Positions 37,399 to 47,999 of a DNA stretch of 64,000 bases are shown here, in pieces. A program made the position numbers and the translations under genes. The notes beneath the pieces are model-generated. The model saw only the letters and a program-made list of their open reading frames with translations, was not told where the DNA came from and searched no databases. Origin of the DNA: Octopus sinensis (Eukaryota); contig NC_043000.1 in NCBI RefSeq assembly GCF_006345805.1, positions 158,720,001 through 158,784,000 of the forward strand. The letters are read 5' to 3'. The stretch's first letter is position 1, and every line of letters begins with the position of its first letter.

Positions 37399-40300
37399 CT
37401 AATCCCAATGTAGTCCTTTCCCTCCAGGGAACGAAGGTGCATGTGGACGTTGCAATGTCTTGTCTTCACTGGAATACTTCTGTATATACGATGTTCCTAG
37501 CTGTCCGTTAGGCGAAAACATGAAAACATCATTGCGCCTCCCAACGCGTGAACAGCCCACGTAGAGTTGACCGTGGGCGAAGCACTGTTCACCCAAATGT
37601 AACCCAGCGACTTGTAGCGTTTGGCCTTGGGATTTATTGATGGACATTGCGAAGCAGAGTTTAACAGGAAACTGAGAACGCCTGAAGTGGATTGGTAGGT
37701 CAGCGCCCGACGGTTGAAGGTGCATCCGTGGAATGAAGACGTCCTCTCCCTTCCCACAACCGGTAAGTATTGTGGCCGTTATTAAATGTGGTGCCAAATG
37801 TTTCACAACCAAACGTGTGCCGTTGCACTGTTTAGGTGGAACCAAATTCCTGATGAGCATAATGGGCGCACCGACTTTTAACTTCAGGATGTGTGGTGGC
37901 AGGCCTGGCGGTTCAAGTGAATTCAGGAATTGAACAGGATAATCGGCAAGCTGGGCGGGGTCTGCTGTCCTATCTATAGATTTGTAGACGTGGACATCAC
38001 CAGGAATAGCTTCAAGTAGCTGGATATTGATGGAGTTGACGGTTGTATTTTTGGGTGCGAGAATAGCTCTGCCTGCCAGCCATTTTAGGTCGCGTAAATT
38101 GTTTTGTAGGTCGTGGAAGACAGCGTCCCGGAGGCTAGCAGGGGTGTCGACAATGGTGCAAAGTGAGTCCAATTGAACGTAGCCATCCGCATCAGACAGC
38201 ATCCTATTTTCACCGAGCGATAAGAGGTCCCTGGAGAATGCAGCGGATCCGCTGTCACCAATTAACTGCGCGCGCATGTTAGTTTGGAGGTGCAAGGGCC
38301 GCACATGTGCCCAAAGAGCTGACGACTTAAGGCACGCGCGCACGGCATCGGCACGGGTTCCTTTTGGAATAACAGGTAGAGTCTGCCTGAAGTCTCCTGA
38401 AAGAAGTAAAGTTAATCCTCCCATGGGGGCCGTAGAGTCTCTGATGTCTTGCAGGGACCTGTCCAGTGCCTCAAGGGCGCCTTTGTGTGCCATAGTGCAC
38501 TCGTCCCATACGATGAGTTTGCATCTGCGCAGAATGTCGGCCTGTTCTGAGTTCTTGGCGATGTTGCAGATAGGTGACTCGGACTTTGCCAGATCGAGCG
38601 GGAGTCTGAAGGCAGAGTGGGCGGTTCTGCCACCCGGAAGCAACGTGGCCGCGATACCAGAGGAAGCTACAGCCAGGGCAATGTCCGTGTTGCGTCTGAC
38701 CTCTGCCAGAATTAGTTTAGTGACGAAGGTTTTGCCAGTGCCGCCGGGTGCATCAAGGAAGAAAATCACCCCACGTTGCTGTCTGACAGAGTCTACGATG
38801 GTGTTGTAGGCTATGCGCTGGTCTGGAAGCAGCCGTGGTTCATTATCTTGGACGTACTGGTGCAGTTCCTCAATGCAGTAGGAAGTTTCGCGTAACAATT
38901 CAGCAGACATAACATTGGCGTGTTCACGTGTGGGTGGTGGAAGGCCGTACTCTGTTAAAGCAGACCCACCCATATCGATGACAGCGTCTTCGAGTTGAAT
39001 GAGCGCAAAATTGTAAATGAAGTTGGTGAACGTGATCTCGGCGGAAGGGCAGTGTTGCTGAGCCGTACGTAAGAAGTCGTGCGACATGTCATCCCTGTAT
39101 TTCATCCAGAGACTTAGTGGATCACTAAGCTGACATTTTTGAAGAAGGATTGCGAAAAGATGTCGTAGGGCCGAATGCGTTTGCAGTAAAGCACCCTCTG
39201 CCATCGTGGCGTCCCACTGGGAGTCATCCTCTAGAAGGCCAAGTCTCATACATGCTTCCCTGAAGGTGTCGCACAGAACCCCATTGACGGTACGTATATT
39301 GGCGAAACCTGTTGGACCAGTGACCTCATGTAGAAGGAGACGGAGGTAGAAGCATTCTTGCTGGTTTGGCGGGATGTTGTAAACTCGACCCAGGCAGGAG
39401 TCAAACTTGACGCCTGGGAAGCTTTCGACGTTTTTGCCGGATTTCCGTCGAACCCAGGTGTTTTTAGACCACACGAAGTACGATGGGACCTGTGGGTACA
39501 AAAGCGTTCGAGCGAAGTCATCACGTTGGCATAATTTGAAGAAACCAGTCAACGTTGTGTCTTTAGGGCTGGTGGCTATCTGCACAGCACTTTGCTCTGT
39601 GAAGTAAATCCGCTGTCCATTTTCCAAGTGTACAGCAAGCTGCACCACAGCCGGGTGTCTCTGATGGAGCGGGAAGCCGTAAATGCGCCAAAACGCTTCG
39701 TTGCTGCTGAGGTACCGGCCAGCCAAGTAGTTGGACACTTCGTCGCGACTGGTGGTCCTCTGGATGCTGAACATGGCAGCATCGCTGCCTTTGTTGATAT
39801 ATTTGCAGACATATTGTATTGACCTGATGGAGCTGCAGAACTCAACGTTGACGTGGGCTTTGAATATCTTCGACAGGAGAGGACAGTAGGGGACAATGTA
39901 GCTGTTGTCCACTTGATGTTGCCCAACCGTAATCGTGCGGCCTCCATTGGCTGGACTCCTTCGTTTGTACAGCGGATACCCATCGCCGCCTGTTTGAGTC
40001 TCCAAAGTGAACCGTTTAGGGAATCCCTTTGAGCAGGCTAATCCGTTTTTGTAGCATGGTGTGTTGGCGTAATTTGGTCCACAGGGCCCGTGTACCATGG
40101 TAGTGCGGACAATTTCGTAGAGTCCGGGGTCCTCATCGGGGTCAGGAATCTCGGCGGAAATGAATTTGTCAATGTCATTAGTCTCGATTTTATGAGTGAG
40201 CCAAATTAAGATGTGAGCATGTGGCAAGCCCCTCTTTTGCCACTCGACCGAAAACATGTGGCACCTGACATGCCCGAAAATCTGCCCCTTAACTATCAAA

Positions 40301-42336
40301 TCCTTCATTTTGCCCAAATTCAGACGGAAAACCCTAGCAACGATGTCGTGTCGATGGGTGTGAGATTGACCCGGGAGGAGTTCGCGAGTGATTTCGTCGC
40401 AGCTGGGATTGCACGTGTAGGTGATAAAGAGGTCCGGCCGGCCGTAAATGCGCACGTAGGCCAAGGCGTCTTGGGTCCTTTCACGCATATATCGCGGTCC
40501 TCCCGTGAAGGTGGAGGGTAGAATGCATGGCTTGCCGATGTTGCGAGGGTCATTTTCTTGTTGCAAACCGTCACGGAGATGAATGTAGGAGTCGGAGCGA
40601 AGTTTGGTCTGATTGAGTTTAATGTATAGCAGCCTTTCCGATTCCATTTTTGCGGCCATGTCGACGGCGAACTGGTTGAATAGCTGACGACAACGGGGCA
40701 ATAAGTTGAACTCACCCTCCCTGACCATGAACCGGTATGAGTAGAACGCCCTGCAGGAAACCGTCTTTGATGCCGCAGTAGTTTGATTGGAGGGCTGCCG
40801 TAAAGGAATTCCGAAGTGGTAGCCGTCTTCCCCATAAGGGAAAAGCAATGGATACTGAAGCGCGTCATAAGATCTGTGAGTCTCGCTGATCCTGTGTAGG
40901 TTGTTACCACGGGAGGAGATGATTATGTCACGGCTGTTGTGTTGCTCTCCGTGTATGACTGCGGCAATTTCGTTGCACGCAGGTGCGTTGAAACGGCGTT
41001 TGTGCTCCCCGTGGGGTCGTTTATCAGCATCAATGACAACGGTGAAGTTTGGAGATGGAGCACTGTCCAAGGCATATCTGAAGCTGCAGACGTAGCTGTT
41101 GATATCATGAAGCATGGTTTGGAGACGGAGAAGAATGTCTTTGCGGGGAACATAGCTTGTACCCGGTATTATTCCAAGGCGTGCATCAACCTGGTGGTTG
41201 TAGTCGGCAATGAAGTATATTTGGAGGAAAGAAGACTGCTGAATCTCGTCTGGCAGAAGTGACCCAATAAGATGGTAGACCTGTCCCTGCACTTTGAAAG
41301 TAGGCATCCAGCCTTCTCTGGCAGGAATTTTGGCCCCGAAAGAGGTCATTTGGAATGAGCAGTTGTACTTTCGAATTATTTCAAGGAATTGTGACGAATC
41401 GGGGGTTAAACCCGCCGCGAGATCCTTCAGTGGTTGAGGTGGTTCCCGTAGGGGTGGCAGGTCCACTTTGCCACCAGAGCAGCACAAACCAGGTGGCTCC
41501 CCGGGCCATTTCTTGGCTTTGCAAAACTGGCATACAATTGTCATTGACCCTATCTTGATGTCGTCACGCAAAGAGAAGTTAATTGTGGCGTCGTAGTTGA
41601 ATGCTAGTGACAACCAGAAAGCGGGGGCAGGGGTACGTACACCACGAATGATATCCCGACGTTTGTTGATACTCTCAAGTCGAGTGCACCGTGCCTCAGC
41701 AGATTCAGATGCACGTGCGACAGCGGTAGCAGTGGCATCCCTTGAAAGCCTTTCAGCTCTCGCCTCAGCACCCTCTGAAGCCCTAGCAGAAGCAGTGTTA
41801 ATGGCATGTCTGGATGTCCGAATAGTCCGTTGGTGTGGAGTTTCGGCAGATCGAGCCCTGGCTGTGTTTGCGGCGTTAGCAGCTTGGCGAGCTCTCCTCT
41901 GTTGAGGTGTTTCGGCAGCTTTGGCCATGGCTTTGTTTGCGGCGTCAGCATCTTGGCGAGTTCTCCTCTGCTGTGAGGTTTCGACAGATCGTGTCCTGGC
42001 GGTGCTAGTGGCGTTAGCCGCATTCCGAATGGCCCTTTGTTCGGGGTTCTCGCGAGCTCTGCGGATGGAAGCACAGTAAGAAGCCCGCATGTTTTGGCTG
42101 GACTGTTGCTCTTTCCTCAACCTCGAGCAGAGGGAAGATCTGTACGCTGCGACCCTTGCAAGTCGGGTAGAACGGTCGCTAGTAGTTTCAGATGCCTGAG
42201 CAGCGGCATAACGGGAAGCTGTTTGCGAGAGGCGCAAGGCGGTTTCCTCGTGGGTCTCGCGTGCCCTTCTAGCCCTAGCAGCCGATGCCTTGGCCGTCCG
42301 AGGGCTGAGGAGGGTCCTTCTCTTCTTGGGTGGCAT
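37399..42336 (-). CDS. Helitron RepHel protein (STPR-like repeats, Zn finger, HUH Rep, PIF1-family SF1B helicase), ~1645 aa from MPPKKRR
   Basis: Zn finger CQFC..KKWPGE...CC. Rep motifs FITYTCNP, VEWQKRGLPHAHIL and YVCKY. Helicase motifs APGGTGKT, DECTM, GDFRQ, NMRA, FAMSINKSQGQT and GQLYVGCSR. ATG 42336 has A at -3 and is followed by an NLS-like PKKRR. Confidence 0.95.
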   Translation of the reverse strand: MPPKKRRTLLSPRTAKASAARARRARETHEETALRLSQTASRYAAAQASETTSDRSTRLARVAAYRSSLCSRLRKEQQSSQNMRASYCASIRRARENPEQRAIRNAANATSTARTRSVETSQQRRTRQDADAANKAMAKAAETPQQRRARQAANAANTARARSAETPHQRTIRTSRHAINTASARASEGAEARAERLSRDATATAVARASESAEARCTRLESINKRRDIIRGVRTPAPAFWLSLAFNYDATINFSLRDDIKIGSMTIVCQFCKAKKWPGEPPGLCCSGGKVDLPPLREPPQPLKDLAAGLTPDSSQFLEIIRKYNCSFQMTSFGAKIPAREGWMPTFKVQGQVYHLIGSLLPDEIQQSSFLQIYFIADYNHQVDARLGIIPGTSYVPRKDILLRLQTMLHDINSYVCSFRYALDSAPSPNFTVVIDADKRPHGEHKRRFNAPACNEIAAVIHGEQHNSRDIIISSRGNNLHRISETHRSYDALQYPLLFPYGEDGYHFGIPLRQPSNQTTAASKTVSCRAFYSYRFMVREGEFNLLPRCRQLFNQFAVDMAAKMESERLLYIKLNQTKLRSDSYIHLRDGLQQENDPRNIGKPCILPSTFTGGPRYMRERTQDALAYVRIYGRPDLFITYTCNPSCDEITRELLPGQSHTHRHDIVARVFRLNLGKMKDLIVKGQIFGHVRCHMFSVEWQKRGLPHAHILIWLTHKIETNDIDKFISAEIPDPDEDPGLYEIVRTTMVHGPCGPNYANTPCYKNGLACSKGFPKRFTLETQTGGDGYPLYKRRSPANGGRTITVGQHQVDNSYIVPYCPLLSKIFKAHVNVEFCSSIRSIQYVCKYINKGSDAAMFSIQRTTSRDEVSNYLAGRYLSSNEAFWRIYGFPLHQRHPAVVQLAVHLENGQRIYFTEQSAVQIATSPKDTTLTGFFKLCQRDDFARTLLYPQVPSYFVWSKNTWVRRKSGKNVESFPGVKFDSCLGRVYNIPPNQQECFYLRLLLHEVTGPTGFANIRTVNGVLCDTFREACMRLGLLEDDSQWDATMAEGALLQTHSALRHLFAILLQKCQLSDPLSLWMKYRDDMSHDFLRTAQQHCPSAEITFTNFIYNFALIQLEDAVIDMGGSALTEYGLPPPTREHANVMSAELLRETSYCIEELHQYVQDNEPRLLPDQRIAYNTIVDSVRQQRGVIFFLDAPGGTGKTFVTKLILAEVRRNTDIALAVASSGIAATLLPGGRTAHSAFRLPLDLAKSESPICNIAKNSEQADILRRCKLIVWDECTMAHKGALEALDRSLQDIRDSTAPMGGLTLLLSGDFRQTLPVIPKGTRADAVRACLKSSALWAHVRPLHLQTNMRAQLIGDSGSAAFSRDLLSLGENRMLSDADGYVQLDSLCTIVDTPASLRDAVFHDLQNNLRDLKWLAGRAILAPKNTTVNSINIQLLEAIPGDVHVYKSIDRTADPAQLADYPVQFLNSLEPPGLPPHILKLKVGAPIMLIRNLVPPKQCNGTRLVVKHLAPHLITATILTGCGKGEDVFIPRMHLQPSGADLPIHFRRSQFPVKLCFAMSINKSQGQTLQVAGLHLGEQCFAHGQLYVGCSRVGRRNDVFMFSPNGQLGTSYIQKYSSEDKTLQRPHAPSFPGGKGLHWD

Positions 42337-42456
42337 TTTGGTGGATAGCAATGTGTTTGGCAAAGGTATAATAAAAAGGAACACGTGGGGTAAGTATTTT
42401 GGTGGATAGCAATGTGTTTGGTAAAGGTGTAATAAAAAGGAGCTCGTGGGGTAAGT
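42335..42456. repeat. 2 x 61-bp tandem repeat abutting the RepHel start codon
   Basis: ATTTTGGTGGATAGCAATGTGTTTGG...GTGGGGTAAGT at 42335 and 42396. Confidence 0.95.
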
Positions 42457-43599
42457 ATCCGAAAATGTATAAAAATGTACAAAAACGGCCAAAAAGCTGG
42501 CAGCAATGTGAGTGACAACAACGAAGAAGTCAAAAGTGATCAAACTGAACAAACGAAAGGAAAAGTTTTTTGATGCACACGACAAAAGTGGTTTATAATA
42601 AACCAAGAGTTTGCAAGTAGCGTCCGAGGACCGTTAGGGTACGTCAAAAATTGAAGGTAAAACGTTTGGGGTGGTAGTTATAAAGAAAGTTTAAACAAAA
42701 AAGTATTCGAATAACTTGCGGCTGCAGCAGCTATTAGCAGAAGTGGCGGTGTTGGGGGTAAAGCCTCGAATGTAATTTCTTCCTGGTAGGAATTGGTTGG
42801 ATCGAATTATCGATAGCTAAAAAGGTCAAGTTGCGTCCCCTAGACAGTCTGGTTTGTGTTTAATACACAAATTTGTTTGCTATGTGTGCCACATATGATT
42901 AAATTAACCGATTTTTTCCAATAATGTATCCTATTGGAATAAAAAGGGCTATATAGCTCCTTGGAGCAGACATGATGCTCGTTGTGAAAAAAAAAAGATT
43001 CCTGCCAATTTGTGAAAGATATTGTCGAAATATGTCATCTTGAATTTGAACGCGATTTCCCAAAATGGCATGATTTTATCGATTGTTTCTGATGGTAAGG
43101 TATTGCATGGAAAACTAACGTCAGAATTGAGTTTCTTAGGGTAACATTAAGCTTCACCATGAGTTTGGTGAAAATCGATTGCAAGTTGTGAAAACTACCA
43201 TAGATAATGCGTTGCATAAAAAAAGCTTAGATTCTCGAGTTGCGTCCCCTAGACAGTCTGTGGTTCGTGTTTATGATTCTCGACCCCATGTCGAATTTAT
43301 CAATTTTTTTCAGAACTGGGGGAACTTTTCAAAATTTTCGCTGCGTTAGTTTTGAATTATGACGTTGGGCTATGTGTGTGTCAAGTTTCATCAGAATCGG
43401 TTGAAAGCCGTGGTCAGGGTGAGGGTACGAGAAAACAGACACACAGAAGCACGCACAGACAAACTGCCGTTTATTTATAGAGAGATATATATATATACTA
43501 ACAGACGAACTGACAGGCAGTTAAATAGATGGATAGATAGATAGATAGATATATAGATAGATAAATACACAGATAGATAGATAGATAGATAGATAGATA

Positions 43600-45041
43600 T
43601 GTTTCTTTATTAGCCACACAGGGCTGCACACAGACAGAACAAATTACAAGGTAGAGCTTTTCTTTTGGGGGTAAAAAAGAGGGGGTTGGTTTTCGATCAA
43701 AAGGGATCGTAAAAGGAAAGAAAGAAGACAAAAAAGGGGAGGATTTTTTAAAAAGGGGGGGGGAGAGGGAAAAAAAGAAAAGGGGAGAGGAAAAAAAAGT
43801 TGATCAATAGGGATCGTAATCACAGAAATGTCAATATGAAGTGTAAAGGGGAAGACAGGTGCGGTTTACCCGTGGAAAGAAAAGCCTACGGAAAAGACCA
43901 CGGTAACCTCAGTCAATGAAGTCACATGTTATATATTTTTTTTTTTTTTTGCAAATAAGCAACTCTCTGTATTAATTGTTACGGTTCATAGAATCATAGT
44001 CAAGGTGGCTTCGTCATTCATACGTGCCATCCTTGCAACATTCACCCATCTTTTTTTAAAACATTCACTAGACAAAACTTGCCTCTCTACTCTCACTTTC
44101 CTCTTCAAGTGATACTTGAAGAAGTTGATGAGAGATTGACCAGAGAGGAAAGTGTTTGTCTCTAATCCTTTCAGGCGCGTCCACCAGATACATTCTTTCG
44201 CCATAGCCACAAGTATGATAAAAATAGCTCTTCCTTCCCGTTTGAAGGAAGGAGGCGTGACGATATTAACGATAGACTCGGCTGATAAACCGACACGTCC
44301 CACACGTGACAGCAGTCGTTCGACATAAGCCCGCATATCGGAAATTGTTGGACACTGCACGAGTGCGTGCAGAACGGTTTCGTCGCTCTGCCCGCATCTC
44401 GGGCGGGTCGGCCCCGTGTTTCTCGAGCCATGCCTATAGAGCTTATCCCAAACGGGTAGCGCTTCTCGGTAGCACCGCCAGGCTAGGGATCTCTGGAAGT
44501 TGTCCATAGGTCCCGGGCTGAAAGTCGTTTGAAACAGACGGGTCAGGTATTCCTCGTCGACGCCCAGGTTTGCCCCGAGATCGTCGTCGTACCTCCCCTC
44601 CACTAATCCCCTATAGAATGCTTTGGTTGTGCTGAAGTCACTCAAGGTCGACCCGGGACGGCAGAGATGCTTGAGAGCAACGCGACACTCGCGGTGCCAT
44701 TCGCCCTTCCTCGGCCTCTTTTTGATCCACGACTGCAGTTCGGTCATGGAGACGAGCTGCGGGAAAGCGTGCCTCACAAACGGCGACCACACCTGTTCAC
44801 CGTCGTCTACATAGAGCCAGAGATGTCGCAGTCTCAGCGCGTGTCTGCGCATCATCAACCACGGCATGCCCAGCCCTCCTTTTAACGGGTGTTGACAGCA
44901 AATGGATCGCGTGACCATCGGGACGCATCCTTTCCACAAGAAGCGGAAGAGAATGCGTTCTAGTTTGGTGATGGTAGGGTCGGGACAAGGTACGATGGAC
45001 AGGCGGTAGTAGATGATGGACGCGATGTACGTGTTCGCCAC
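43600..45041 (-). mobile_element. 5'-truncated Tx1/L1-clade LINE with 3'UTR, AATAAA and (TATC)n tail
   Basis: ORF2 C-terminus followed by a T-rich 3'UTR ending GGCTAATAAAGAAACA, then (TATC)n at ~43526-43599. Confidence 0.88.
43986..45041 (-). pseudogene. Tx1-like ORF2 C-terminal part (post-RT and zf-RVT/CCHC)
   Basis: VANTYIASIIYYRL, LERILFRFLWKG, GGLGMP, SLAWRCYREALPV and TRPRCGQSDETVLHALVQCP (first Cys of the knuckle mutated to Arg). Confidence 0.88.
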
Positions 45042-46066
45042 AGACAAATGACTGAAACAAGTAAAAGGGTAAAAGAGATCACTTTCTGAAATTATGATCA
45101 ACTCCAAACTTATAAATCATCAAGGGGTTATATGCACTAAATTACCTTGACCGAACTGGACAGAGCGTCATGAACCAGTTCCTTCTTTTATTCCTCCTTT
45201 CATTAGCGATGTTTGAATTTAACTCTAAAAGTAATAAGACTTGGTTCCTTTTTCAACATATACTGGTGCCTTGGTTAAAAAATATTTATTTATGAATGCT
45301 AGAAAAATCTCCCAAAATAATTATTACATAATGTGGATTAGTATTTGAATATAAGCAATAAATCACCGATAACTATCTTATACCCTTATTTCCTCATCTG
45401 TAAAGACAATTTTGAATGGACTAGTTTCTATCAATATTTGTCGGAAATGCAACTTGTTGCATTGAGAATTATCTTAAACTTAATACAGTGTTCTCTAAGT
45501 TTTGACAGGTGCCCAGTATATTTATATTATTACACATTGAGTTGGAAAATGAAAGGACTGTATTTTTTGATATAATAAAGCGTATTTAGAAAGGAGTGGC
45601 TTATATGTAGCTTACATTACAGCGAAAACAACTTCAATTTTATCCCCCTAACATTTGATAAGCGAATGCAAGCAAACTCTTAACCACATTATTAAAAAGA
45701 ACATAAAATTACAGGCAATTCCTTCAACACATTTTCTGGCAGAACGGTCTGACAAGGAACGTACACAGAGCTCATTGGGAGAGGTTTTGGCACGATATTG
45801 TTAGACTAGACATGGTTAAAGAGAACAAACGTGGTTGAACATATCCTGTAGTATTAAAACATTTTATTTCAAATAATTTTCAGTTGCTACCAGCTAATGT
45901 AACTATAAATTATAAGTTGCTATTTTGTCTTGAGAATACTGTAAAAGAACAAGAAGTATTCACGTCTTCCTCCACAGTTTTGTTCGAATTCTTTGCCGAT
46001 TCATTATATTTGACTATTTCTAAAAGTGAATAAAATATTCATATGAGTTCACATATATGTAATACT

Positions 46067-46218
46067 GGCGTGTTTGCGTGGTAATATTGCTTTCCAAGCA
46101 CATGGTTCCGGGTTCAGTCCCACTGCGTGACACGCTGTGCAATTATTTTACTATAGTCTCTTGTTGATCAACGCCTTGTGAGGGGATTTGGTAGACGGAA
46201 ACTGTAAAAGAAACGCTC

Positions 46219-46276
<58 letters not shown>

Positions 46277-46535
46277 TATATACATACTTATATGTGCGTA
46301 TATATATGTGTGTGTGTGTGTGTGTGAGTGTTTCTCCATCCACCCACCGCTTGACAACCGGGTTGGTACTACGTCCCCGTAACTTAGCTTTTCAGCAGAA
46401 GGTACCGACATATAACGTAACAGGCTTAAATGGAATATAAGTACTGGGGTCGATTCATTCGACTAAGATCTCTTTAACGTGCTAATCCAGCATGGCTACG
46501 GTCTAATGACTGGAAATTGTGAAAGATGAAATATA
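46067..46535 (+). mobile_element. Diverged SINE family A
   Basis: CACATGGTTCCGGGTTCAGTCCCACTGCGTG...GGATTTGGTAGACGGAAACTG...CCAGCATGGC. Confidence 0.8.
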
Positions 46536-47520
46536 AAAGACGCGCTGTAATGGGTTTTGCCCGATGTCAGTTCACTAGCTTTTTTTTCATGTTTTCCTTG
46601 AATGGTATAATGACAGCAAAGTGTTTGCATCTTTCTGCAATACCTGGAAGCCGGTTACAAGAAGTTTGTATCTGCGGTAAAATGAGTTCAATTCATTTTC
46701 TAAACTTTCCTAGCAAACATACGCTACTAGGAAAATTTTGTATGGGAATTTAGAATGGATTAGAATATGTAATGTATTAGAATATTACACAATCATATAT
46801 TTATAAATACAAATTATTTTACTATATGTGTATGATCAACTGATAAATCGAATATCAACATTTCTGGATTGCCCTATAATTAGTTCCCTTGATTACGAAA
46901 TGAATGTAGCTTACTTTAGGAAGTGCTACTTTTTAAACTTTTTGACGGTCCTCGAATATAACTTTTCAAATACAAAACCTATCCTCTGGTTTCATCCCAA
47001 AATAATTACACTATATATATAATTATATAGATATAATTAACCTCTGGCGCAGTATCTGTAAAAATATAATTTTTTAAGTGCTACAATTAAATCCATGCTT
47101 GTGAGATAATATATGCAAAACAGATATTTAGCATAACAATTTGAGCGTCATTAATAAAGAAAAGAACACATCAATAAAGCCCAACAGTCTCTTAAATTCA
47201 GAAATACTGAGCATTAATGTTGAAACTTTCAATATTTATTGAAGAGCCAGAATTGTGACGAATTTAGTCTCGAGTAAATCACGAATAAAATTACAATACA
47301 GCTGACAGTTGATGTGATATTTGAATAAATTTATCAAAATCAATAATAAAAATGTCTTCAACATGTTATTATGCGCTGGAGGTATACTGGATATAAAAAT
47401 ATCCTGTCCAGTGTAATAAATACTGAGTTGGTTACATATCAAATGTTAAATCATAAGGTGTATGTTTATATTAATATTTGCTGTATATGTGTACGAGCGT
47501 ATCTATCTATATCCTACATA

Positions 47521-47911
47521 TTTGTCACATATTTCAATTGCTAAAAGGCAATTACACTGGAGTTACCATGGAGAGTATATCTCTCTTATCGTAAAATAGA
47601 TGTGAAAACACCCGGTTCGTTCATTGCAATCTCAGACATCGATGTTTCGAGCTTCTTAGCACTTTCAATGAAAGAGATCTAAGAGAAGCAACTCTGATCT
47701 AACTTATGAAGCTGTAGCTTTATTTATAATTCACTCAACACGTTGAATGATTTGGGCTAGTAGATCACCTGACCGAGGGAATATATCTATGTCTGAGAAT
47801 CCGAATGCACAGCGACACGCAGAACGAACCGGGTATTTCTACACCCTTTTATCATATTCTCCACGGTAACTGCATTGTACTTGCATTTTAGGTTTTGAAA
47901 TATGTGACAAA
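47521..47911. mobile_element. Inverted-arm unit with decayed U3-A8-type hammerhead
   Basis: 47521-47648 is the inverse of 47779-47911 (roughly 80%, with indels). Confidence 0.6.
47630..47673 (-). ncRNA. Decayed type I hammerhead (U3-A8 type)
   Basis: UUUCA-UUGAAA-GUGC-UAAGAA-GCUC-GAAA-CAUCGAUG-UC-UGAGA. Palindromic stem III ACAUCGAUGU and GUC triplet. One A is missing from the core and stem II has one mismatch. Confidence 0.55.
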
Positions 47912-47999
47912 CAAATTTCAGCTTAGGTAATTTTGCACATTCCTAAACACTGCTTAGCGCTAATAATTTTATGTATATATATGTATATATATAAAGTTA

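Larger units (their letters stand above)
37344..43485 (-). mobile_element. Complete autonomous-type Helitron (6142 bp)
   Basis: Minus strand starts A|TCTCTCTATAAAT at 43485 and ends ...CCCGGGCAACGCCGGG-CTATGCTG-CTAG|T at 37344. Inserted in a (TA)n tract with no TSD. Confidence 0.96.

Noticed and set aside
37497-42533. Numerous short antisense or alternate-frame ORFs inside the Helitron
   Set aside because: Shadows of a GC-richer coding sequence with no independent motifs.
42337-42606. Upstream 90 codons of the 1735-aa ORF call
   Set aside because: Starts at a non-ATG codon, is F/L-rich and runs through the 61-bp tandem repeat. MPPKKRR at 42336 is the credible start.
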